The position numbers were made by a program, and so were the translations under genes. The notes below the pieces were generated by a model that was given only the letters and a program-made list of their open reading frames with translations, made no database searches and was not told the origin of the DNA. Shown piece by piece: positions 51,153-58,530 of a stretch of DNA of 64,000 nucleotides (its first letter is position 1; each line of letters starts with the position of its first letter). This DNA comes from an uncultured Verrucomicrobiae bacterium (GTDB taxonomy: Bacteria > Verrucomicrobiota > Verrucomicrobiia > Limisphaerales > UBA11358), in contig CAWAYP010000008.1 in NCBI GenBank assembly GCA_963786375.1, positions 659 through 64,658 of the forward strand, written 5' to 3'.

Positions 51153-51566
51153 GTGTGGCAGGGTGTCGTCATGCGCGCCATTCCTCTACCGATCCGCGAA
51201 CGAATCATCCACCTCTATGAACAGGGCAAAGGCACCGGCGAAATTGCGGAGTTCTTTGGTTTCTGTGTTGCCGCCGTGCGGCGGGTTCGGCAGCAGTTCA
51301 AGGCGCGCGGCACGCTGCAACCCCAAACTCATCAATGCGGGCGCAAGACACTGTTGACCGCCCGCCGGAAAGCCCGCCTGCAAAGACTGGTGGCCCAGCA
51401 ACCCGACGCCACTCTGGCTGAACTGGGAACCCGCCTGGATCGCCCCTTTCGGACTTCGACGGTGGACTTATGGCTGCGGCGGCTGGGGTTGACGTATAAA
51501 AAAAACGCTGCACGCCGCCGAACAAAATCGCCCCGACGTGGCCGCAAAACGGGCTGGCTGGCATGA
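51153..51566 (+). CDS. IS630 transposase, N-terminal HTH part (orfA)
   Basis: IRERIIHLYEQGKGTGEIAEFFGFCVAAVRRV helix-turn-helix. It ends shortly after an A8 run at 51497-51504. Confidence 0.75.
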   Translation: MWQGVVMRAIPLPIRERIIHLYEQGKGTGEIAEFFGFCVAAVRRVRQQFKARGTLQPQTHQCGRKTLLTARRKARLQRLVAQQPDATLAELGTRLDRPFRTSTVDLWLRRLGLTYKKNAARRRTKSPRRGRKTGWLA

Positions 51567-52101
51567 GTCGCTGGCCGGAGAATCCCCGGCGCAGATGGTG
51601 TTCGTGGATGAAAGCGGAGCCAACACGCGGATGACCCGCTGGCGTGGCCGCGCGCCAACAGGCCAACGGCTCGTCGCCCGGATTCCGCACGGCCATTATC
51701 AGACCAGCACCCTGATTGCCGGGGTCGGCCTGCGCGGAGCCTGCGCCCCGTGGTTGTTTGACGGGGCCATGGACGGGGAGATGTTTTTGGCGTGGGTGCG
51801 GCAGGGATTGGCGGCCGTCCTACAGTTCGGCGATCTGGTCATCATGGACAATCTGGCCACACACAAGGTGGCCGGGGTGCGTGAGGCCATTGAAGCCGTC
51901 GGCGCCCGGCTGTTGTATCTGCCGCCCTATTCGCCGGACTTCAACCCCATTGAAAACATGTGGAGCAAGATCAAACAGGCGCTGCGCAGCCGCTCCCCGC
52001 GCACCCAGACGGAGTTGCTGATCGCCGCCGCCCTGGCGTTTGATTCCATTTCATCCGCTGACTGCCTCGGTTTCTTTTTGCACGCCCGATACGCTATATG
52101 A
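51538..52101 (+). CDS. IS630 transposase, DDE catalytic part (orfB)
   Basis: Motifs VFVDESG, IMDNLATHK and LPPYSPDFNPIENMWSKIK. The frame is continuous with orfA if one A of the A8 run is skipped. Confidence 0.8.
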   Translation: MAAKRAGWHESLAGESPAQMVFVDESGANTRMTRWRGRAPTGQRLVARIPHGHYQTSTLIAGVGLRGACAPWLFDGAMDGEMFLAWVRQGLAAVLQFGDLVIMDNLATHKVAGVREAIEAVGARLLYLPPYSPDFNPIENMWSKIKQALRSRSPRTQTELLIAAALAFDSISSADCLGFFLHARYAI

Positions 52102-52125
52102 TTTATGGAAATGCTCTAGCGCTCC

Positions 52126-52150
52126 GGCTCGTCAGTAGCCTCGCCCCACC
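52126..52150. repeat. Family B repeat unit just right of the IS630
   Basis: ggctcgtcagtagcctcgccccacc. Confidence 0.7.
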
Positions 52151-52179
52151 AACTTTGTGTTCCTTTGCGTCTCTGGGTT

Positions 52180-52205
52180 AAAAAAACCGCCTTGCGGGAC
52201 CCGCA
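52180..52205 (-). terminator. Candidate terminator downstream of cysC
   Basis: ccgc-cttg-cgg stem, preceded on the plus strand by an A7 run, which is a T7 run after the hairpin on the minus strand. Confidence 0.35.
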
Positions 52206-52223
52206 TCCTTCGCGCGAGACGAT

Positions 52224-52760
52224 TCAAATCGCGAAATCACTGAGCTGGGCCTGGGCCAGTTCCAGGATGGAATTGTAACAGCCCTCCACGTTTTGCGCCA
52301 CGGTGTCTATGTAGTTTTCCCGTTCCTGCGGGCGGGGCACTTCGAATGGAAAATCCAGCAAATCCGGCACGCTCCCCGTCTTGGCCCGCTGGTAAAGCCC
52401 CTTGGGATCCCGCGTTATGCAGACATCCAATGGCGCATGAATGTAAATCCAGGCCAGGCGCTTGCCCAAAACTTTGGCCACCACGTCCCGTTGATTATGT
52501 TCAGGCGCCATGGTGGCAACGACCACGTTCATTCCCTGATCGAGCGCCAGCTTGGCCACCTCGGCAATCCGCCGGTGGTTTTCCACCCTGGCTTCCGTGG
52601 AGAAACGCAGATCGGAGCAAAGGCCCGACCGCATGTCGTCCCCATCCAGAAAAAACACCGGGATGTCCCGGTCGGCAAACCCATCGCGCAGCTTCCGCGC
52701 CAGGGTGGTCTTGCCCGCGCCACTGCGTCCGAAGAGCCAAAATACCCGGGTGAGTCTCAT
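52224..52760 (-). CDS. cysC: Adenylyl-sulfate (APS) kinase
   Basis: P-loop GRSGAGKTTLA, FLDGDDMR and the RRIAEVAKL region are typical of CysC. Confidence 0.8.
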   Translation of the reverse strand: MRLTRVFWLFGRSGAGKTTLARKLRDGFADRDIPVFFLDGDDMRSGLCSDLRFSTEARVENHRRIAEVAKLALDQGMNVVVATMAPEHNQRDVVAKVLGKRLAWIYIHAPLDVCITRDPKGLYQRAKTGSVPDLLDFPFEVPRPQERENYIDTVAQNVEGCYNSILELAQAQLSDFAI

Positions 52761-52927
52761 ACGCGAGACTGCAATGGCCAGGCCGCTTCGTCAAGAAAGA
52801 AGGCTGGAGCGGGCGATGATTCTTTCGCTGGGCGGGCAACCCGCGAGGCCACTGCGCATGTTTGACAGCACTCCCCCCGACTCCCCTGCAAAGGGCCTCC
52901 TAATCCAAAATGGCAGGCGAATTCAGA

Positions 52928-53296
52928 TCAATCGCCCAAAGGCAAAAGCCGCAACCGCGATTTGTGCCCCTTGACTGTAATCAATGCGCCGCGTTGAAGG
53001 TTGTCCTTATGCTGTTCCAAAATCAGGCACACGTCTTCGCCAATGCTTTGGGGGCGCACGTCATCCAATCGGAGTTGGATGACACTGGGCAAAACTCCGC
53101 GGCTTTGAAAAAGCAATTTTGTGAAATCGAGGTCTTGCGTAAGAACCACCGCATGATTTTGACTCGCCCAGCGCATAATCTCCGCGTCGGGGGCGTTGCG
53201 GGGACCGAGTTCGCGCCAGTGGCGGGCGACGTGGCCATGTTGGCGGAGAAATTCGATCCATGAAAGCGGCAGGCAGTTGTCAATAACGATGGTCAC
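52928..53296 (-). CDS. PIN-like toxin (DUF5615 family)
   Basis: VTIVIDNCLP...EIMRWASQNHAVVLTQDLDF. A GTG start at 53296 overlaps the upstream stop (GTGA). The partner is DUF433. Confidence 0.6.
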   Translation of the reverse strand: MTIVIDNCLPLSWIEFLRQHGHVARHWRELGPRNAPDAEIMRWASQNHAVVLTQDLDFTKLLFQSRGVLPSVIQLRLDDVRPQSIGEDVCLILEQHKDNLQRGALITVKGHKSRLRLLPLGD

Positions 53297-53526
53297 GCGG
53301 GCTGAAGCTCGATTTCGCGCTCGCGCGTGAGCCAGGCGGCATAAGCCATGCACGCTTTGATGTCGTCTGGTTCGAGATCGGGATAATCAGTCAGAATTTC
53401 CTTTTCCGTCGCGCCGGCAGCCAGCAGGCCAAGAATGGTAGTGGCCGGAATTCTCATGCCGCGAATACAGGGCAACCCCGTCATGACCGCCGGATTCACC
53501 GTGATGCGCTTCAAAAGCTCTTTCAT
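53293..53526 (-). CDS. DUF433-domain antitoxin-like protein
   Basis: ITVNPAVMTGLPCIRGMRIPATTILGLLAAGATEKEILTDYPDLEPDDI is typical of DUF433. Confidence 0.65.
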   Translation of the reverse strand: MKELLKRITVNPAVMTGLPCIRGMRIPATTILGLLAAGATEKEILTDYPDLEPDDIKACMAYAAWLTREREIELQPA

Positions 53527-53590
53527 GCCTTTATTCTACCACTGAACGGGAAATATCCAAAGTCAATTCCAAGACCTTCGACCACACAAG

Positions 53591-53718
53591 AGCTTCCGCG
53601 CCAGGGTGGTCTTGCCTGCGCCACTGCGTCCGAAGAGCCAAAATACCCGGGTGAGTTTCATACGCGAGGCTGGAAAAATTGCGCCACAGCGTCAAGGAAG
53701 AAGAAGGCGATTACGACT
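53591..53718 (-). pseudogene. Duplicated 5' end plus upstream region of cysC (about 25 codons), orphaned by the TA cassette
   Basis: agcttccgcgccagggtggtcttgcc[t/c]gcgccactgcgtccgaagagccaaaatacccgggtgagt.tcatacgcgag is shared with 52690-52770. Weaker similarity continues to about 52815 and 53718. Confidence 0.75.
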
Positions 53719-53929
53719 GATAATAGCCCGGCGTTTCAACGCCGGGACGCCGGCCGTTGTCGGTCAAGTCCCGAAGGGACGGTTGAATCAATCCCACAAA
53801 TACCGCTCGTCGTATTCAAGGTCGGGTCGGTTCAGCAACGCCAAAAATTCCGCCTGGAAACTCCGGCTGGAGCATTTTGATAAAAACTGTGGCCGTTATT
53901 TGAAAGCCCGACGGGAAAATTCCGCAAGG

Positions 53930-54008
53930 TTTTGGACTGCGGCGGCCCTCTGCCGCTGTTGAAAGCCAGGCGCGCACGAAAGCGGCAGAGGGCTGCCGCA
54001 GTCCAAAA
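53930..54008. repeat. Family C long hairpin repeat, intergenic copy
   Basis: ttttggactgcggcggccctctgccgc ... gcggcagagggctgccgcagtccaaaa. Confidence 0.8.
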
Positions 54009-54295
54009 CGCTGGCGCGCGGTCCGGCCACATCCTGTACGTGGACGGCTGCAGAATTTTTGAAACTGCTCTGTGGTCAGGCATCCCTTCGGGATCCATTC
54101 TCTCTGGCAGTTCCACTTAACATTGGCACAGGCGATTATTCGGCAGGGCTGACCTGCCGGTCAGCCAACCGGCGGCGCAGCAGCGCCGCCCCACCGTGTG
54201 TGTGTGTCAAAGTCATTGTGATTTGCCATAAAATCGGCGTGCGACGATTTTTCATGGCCTCCGGCAATCATGGCGTTTATGATTTTACGGCCATC

Positions 54296-55846
54296 ATGAA
54301 GTTGAAGCGACAATCGTTGGTTTCTCCCGGTTCCATCTCCCGCATGTTGCAAGCCGCGGAACAGGCCTGGAAACGCCGGGATTTCCCGCAAAACCTCGAG
54401 CTGCTGGAACGCGCCAGCCGGCTGGACCCGGCCAATCCAGCCATCCTGCTGCAATTGGGCCGGAGCCACGGGCTGGGTTTCGATTATGCCGCCGCCGAAC
54501 AATGTTTTGAACGGGCCATCCGCGTTACCTCGCGTAAGACCGAGACACTCGCGGCAGCGGGAATCCATAGCCGCGATTTCCGCAACCCGGAACTGGCCGA
54601 ACGCTACTTCCGGCGGGCCGCCGAACAAAAAGATGCCCCGCCCGAGGCGCTGATTTATCTGGCCGAGCTTTACGAACGTCTCCGCCGCGGAGCCGAGGCC
54701 GCCCAATTGATTGACCGGGCGCTGCAATTGAACGGCGCCTGCCCGCCGGCCCTGCTCGCGCGCGCCCGGCTGGAACGCCAGGCCGGCCAACTGGCAGAGG
54801 CCGAACAGCGGTTGCGCTCCATTCCCAAAACCGCCGACCGGGACACGCGGGTGCGGAGCCTTTACGAACTGGGCGCCGTCCTCGACCGCCAGGGCCGGTA
54901 CGATGAAGCCATGACCGCCTTCCTTGAGGCCAAGTCCATGCTGCGCCAGGATGCGACGGGCTGGCTGGCGGAATTAATGGTCGTTCGCGACCGCTTGAAG
55001 GTCATGCGGGCCAACATTACGGCCGAACTGTTTCAAAAGTGGTTCGACACCGCCCCGGCGCTGGCGCCCGCCCGGAGAATCGCCCTGCTCTGCGGCCATC
55101 CCCGCTCCGGCACCACCCTGCTCGAACAGGTCCTGGACTCCCACCCGGACATCATCTCCGCCGAGGAGACGGAACTGTTCCATGACTACGCCTACATGCC
55201 GGTGATGCGAGGTTCGCCGGAAGGCGCGCTCATGCTGCCCGTTTTGGAATCGGCGCCAACCGACTTGCTGAAACATGCGCGCGACCGATATTTCCGGCAA
55301 ACGGAATTGCTCCTGGGCCGGCCAATCAAAGGCCGGTTGCTCATTGATAAAAATCCGTCGCTCACTTTTTTCATCCCCGCCATCCTGCGCGTGTTTCCCG
55401 AATTAAAACTCCTGATTGCGTTGCGCGATCCGCGGGACGTGGTCCTGAGCTGTTTCATGCAGGCCTTTGTTCCCATCGGGCAAGTCACCGCCGCCTACCT
55501 GACCCTGGAAGGCACCGTGGACGAATATGCCGCCCTGGTGGGCATCTGGCAGACCCTGGCTCCGCTGCTGCAAGGCCATTATCTCGAACTGCGTTACGAG
55601 GACATGGTGGACGATTTGGAATCCGTCTCCCGAAAGTCGCTGGATTTTCTGGGCGTTCCGTGGGACGCCAACGTGCTGCATTTTGACGAACACGCGCGGC
55701 AGAAACAGGTGCGCTCGCCCACGTACGCCGACGTGGCCAAACCGGTATTCAAAACCGCCGTCGGCCGCTGGCGGAATTATCAGAAATATCTGGAGCCGTT
55801 CCTGCCCAAATTGGAGCCGTTTGTGAAGGCATTTGGATATGAGTAG
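54296..55846 (+). CDS. TPR-domain sulfotransferase, paralog 1
   Basis: N-terminal TPRs, PAPS-binding-like CGHPRSGTTLLEQ and RDPRDVVLSCF. The ATG at 54296 matches the starts of the paralogs. Confidence 0.75.
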   Translation: MKLKRQSLVSPGSISRMLQAAEQAWKRRDFPQNLELLERASRLDPANPAILLQLGRSHGLGFDYAAAEQCFERAIRVTSRKTETLAAAGIHSRDFRNPELAERYFRRAAEQKDAPPEALIYLAELYERLRRGAEAAQLIDRALQLNGACPPALLARARLERQAGQLAEAEQRLRSIPKTADRDTRVRSLYELGAVLDRQGRYDEAMTAFLEAKSMLRQDATGWLAELMVVRDRLKVMRANITAELFQKWFDTAPALAPARRIALLCGHPRSGTTLLEQVLDSHPDIISAEETELFHDYAYMPVMRGSPEGALMLPVLESAPTDLLKHARDRYFRQTELLLGRPIKGRLLIDKNPSLTFFIPAILRVFPELKLLIALRDPRDVVLSCFMQAFVPIGQVTAAYLTLEGTVDEYAALVGIWQTLAPLLQGHYLELRYEDMVDDLESVSRKSLDFLGVPWDANVLHFDEHARQKQVRSPTYADVAKPVFKTAVGRWRNYQKYLEPFLPKLEPFVKAFGYE

Positions 55847-56398
55847 GTAAGGACACGTCGCCGACGTGTCCGCGCCCCAACCGGGCGCAACCTTCCGGCG
55901 GCTTTTCCGCCGGAGACATCGCAGCGCGATGTCCCTACCAAATCACATTCATCCGACAATGGCAGAATGGCGCGCCGCGCCGTCCGAGCGCCGCGTCCAG
56001 CGGCGCAATCGCGGATTCAAAAACCTTGCACCCTCGTTCCGCCCGCTGGACGCGGGCGGGGACGGGTAGGGACACGTCGCCGACGTGTCCGCGCCCCAAC
56101 CGGGCGCAACTTTCCGGCGGCTTTACCGCCGGGAACATCGCAGCGCGATGTCCCTACCAAATCACATTCATCCGACAATGGCAGGATGGTTCGCCGCGCC
56201 GTCCGAGCGCCGCGTCCAGCGGCACAATCGCGGATTCAAAAACCTTGCACCCTCGTTCCGCCCGCTGGACGCGGGCGGGGACGGCTGGGGCCAGCCGTCC
56301 CTACCGGGTAGGGACACGTCGCCGACGTGTCCGCGCCCGAACCGGGCGCAATTCCGGCGGCGTTACCGCCGGGGACATCGCAGCGCGATGTCCCTACC
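55847..56398. repeat. Family A repeat array 1 (three four-hairpin units alternating with two long modules)
   Basis: Recurring gtagggacacgtcgccgacgtgtcc gcgccccaaccgggcgc ..tccggcggctttaccgccgga gacatcgcagcgcgatgtccctacc. It starts at the stop codon of paralog 1. Confidence 0.85.
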
Positions 56399-56399
56399 A

Positions 56400-56432
56400 G
56401 AACCGTTTGTAAAGGCGTTTGGATACAAGTAA
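56400..56432 (+). pseudogene. Orphan 3' tail (last about 10 codons plus stop) of a sulfotransferase paralog
   Basis: gaaccgtttgtaaaggcgtttggatacaagtaa encodes EPFVKAFGYK*. Compare LEPFVKAFGYE* at the ends of both intact paralogs. Confidence 0.7.
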
Positions 56433-56450
56433 GGTGGTCGAGAGACAAGG

Positions 56451-56527
56451 GCTGCGGCTCGTCAGTAGCCTCGCCCCACCACCATATGGTCACATCAGGT
56501 GGGGCGAGCGTACTCGCGAGCCGCAGC
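56451..56527. repeat. Family B inverted pair forming a long hairpin
   Basis: gctgcggctcgtcagtagcctcgccccacc, a 17-nt spacer, then ggtggggcgagcgtactcgcgagccgcagc. Confidence 0.8.
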
Positions 56528-56598
56528 TAATTGTGTGAGTCCCTGTGGATTTTCTCCGCTTGCGCGGGAAACCAGAGCCTTTATGATTTCGGCACATC

Positions 56599-58194
56599 AT
56601 GAAGTTGAAGCGCCCACAGTTGGTCCACCACAGTTCCGTCGTTAAATTGTTCCAGGCCGCCGAGCAGGCGCTGCAACGCAAGGATTTCCAGCAAAATTTC
56701 GAGCTGCTCGAACGCGCCCGCAGCCTGGACCCGGCCAATCCCGCCATTCTGCTGCAATTGGGCCGGAGCCACGGGTTGCGCTACAATTATACCGCCGCCG
56801 AGGAATGCTTTGAAAAAGCCATCCAGCTTGCCCAAAACAAAACCCAAATCATGGCAATGGCCGGCGCGCAAAGCTGCGATTTTTTCAATCCGGAGTTGGC
56901 GGAGCGTTATTTCCGGCGGGCCGTGGAACAAAAGGACGCCACCGTTGGAATGCTGGTCCAATTGGCGGAGATTTATGAAATGTTCTTCCACCGCATGGCC
57001 GAGGCCAGTCAAATGATTGATCGGGCGCTGCAAATGGATCCCACTTTTCAGAGGGCCTTGCTGACGCGCGCCCGGCTGGAGCGCCAGGCCGGCCATTTGG
57101 AAGAAGCCGAGAAATTGCTGCGCTCCATTCTCGCAACGACTGATCAGGAGACGCGCATCCGGGCCTATTATCAGTTGGGCGCCGCCCTGGATCGTCAGGG
57201 GCGATATGATGAAGCGATGGCGGCTTTCATCGAGGCCAAGGCGCCTTTTCAGGCGCAGAGCGGGGCATTCTTTCTTCAACGTCAAATTGCCGGCGCGCAT
57301 TTGCGGGAGATACTCACCAGTATTTCCGCCGAAACTTTCCAGCGCTGGTTTGATTTTGGCCGGGAACTACAACCACCCCGGCGGCTGGCCATGCTTTGCG
57401 GCCATCCCCGCTCCGGCACCACCTTGCTGGAGCAGGTGCTGGATTCGCATCCGGACATCATTTCCGCCGAGGAAACGACTGTTTTCTATGAGTCTGTGTA
57501 TCTGCCTTTGGCGCGCACGCAACCGCCGCCAGCACCTCGCCCAGGCCTGCCCCCACAATTCCAAATGTCCGATCAAGTAGAACTTTCGGTGCTGGAAGCC
57601 GCCCCGAAGGATTTGTTGCAGCAATTGCGGGAGAATTATTTCCAAACCATGGAGCGTTGCCTGGGAAAACCCATTGACAACCGGCTGTTAGTTGACAAAA
57701 ACCCGGCGCTCACGCTGCTGCTCCTCGGTTTCCAGCGCGTCTTCCCGGAAGTCAAACTCATCGTCGCACTGCGCGACCCGCGAGACGTGGTCTTGAGTTG
57801 TTTCATGCAGAATTTTGCGGTTCTTGCCCCAAGACATACCGCCTTCTTCAACTTGAAGGACACAGTCGAGCAATATGTCGAGGAAATGAACATCTGGCGG
57901 ACGCTGGCGCCCATGATTCCGGGCCGGTATCTCGAAGTCCGGTACGAGGACATGGTGGAGGATTTGGAATCCGTTGCCCGCAGGACGCTGGATTATTTGG
58001 GCGTTTCCTGGGACGTCAAGGTGGTGCATTTTTACGAACGGGCGCGGCAGAGACGGGTGCGCACGCCCGGTTACGCGGACGTAGGCAGGCCGGTCTTCAA
58101 AACCGCGCGGGGCCGCTGGCGGAATTATCAGAAATATCTGGAGCCGTATCTGTACCGGCTGGAGCCGTTTGTAAAGGCGTTTGGATATGAGTAG
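56599..58194 (+). CDS. TPR-domain sulfotransferase, paralog 2
   Basis: Same architecture and motifs as paralog 1 (CGHPRSGTTLLEQ, RDPRDVVLSCF, ..LEPFVKAFGYE*). Confidence 0.75.
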   Translation: MKLKRPQLVHHSSVVKLFQAAEQALQRKDFQQNFELLERARSLDPANPAILLQLGRSHGLRYNYTAAEECFEKAIQLAQNKTQIMAMAGAQSCDFFNPELAERYFRRAVEQKDATVGMLVQLAEIYEMFFHRMAEASQMIDRALQMDPTFQRALLTRARLERQAGHLEEAEKLLRSILATTDQETRIRAYYQLGAALDRQGRYDEAMAAFIEAKAPFQAQSGAFFLQRQIAGAHLREILTSISAETFQRWFDFGRELQPPRRLAMLCGHPRSGTTLLEQVLDSHPDIISAEETTVFYESVYLPLARTQPPPAPRPGLPPQFQMSDQVELSVLEAAPKDLLQQLRENYFQTMERCLGKPIDNRLLVDKNPALTLLLLGFQRVFPEVKLIVALRDPRDVVLSCFMQNFAVLAPRHTAFFNLKDTVEQYVEEMNIWRTLAPMIPGRYLEVRYEDMVEDLESVARRTLDYLGVSWDVKVVHFYERARQRRVRTPGYADVGRPVFKTARGRWRNYQKYLEPYLYRLEPFVKAFGYE

Positions 58195-58530
58195 GTAGGG
58201 ACACGTCGCCGACGTGTCCGCGCCCCAACCGGGCGCTACGTTCCGGCGGCTTTACCGCCGGAGACATCGCAGCGCGATGTCCCTACCAAATCACATTCAT
58301 CCGACTATGGTAGGGATGGCGTGCCGCGCCGTCCGAGCGCCGCGTCCAGCGGCGCAATCGCGGATTCAAAAACCTTGCACCCTCGTTCCGCCCGCTGGAC
58401 GCGGGCGGGGACGGCTGGGGCCAGCCGTCCCTACCGGGTAGGGACACGTCGCCGACGTGTCCGCGCCCCAACCGGGCGCAACTTTCCGGCGGCTTTACCG
58501 CCGGAGACATCGCAGCGCGATGTCCCTACC
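58195..58530. repeat. Family A repeat array 2
   Basis: Same units as array 1. It spans from the stop codon of paralog 2 to the stop codon of RAYT copy 2. Confidence 0.85.

Larger units (their letters stand above)
51112..52116 (+). mobile_element. IS630-family insertion sequence with TA target duplication
   Basis: Terminal inverted repeats GAGCCTTTCCATAAAACATGTAGC versus GAGCATTTCCATAAATCATATAGC (21 of 24 match), flanked by TA at 51110-51111 and 52117-52118. Confidence 0.8.
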
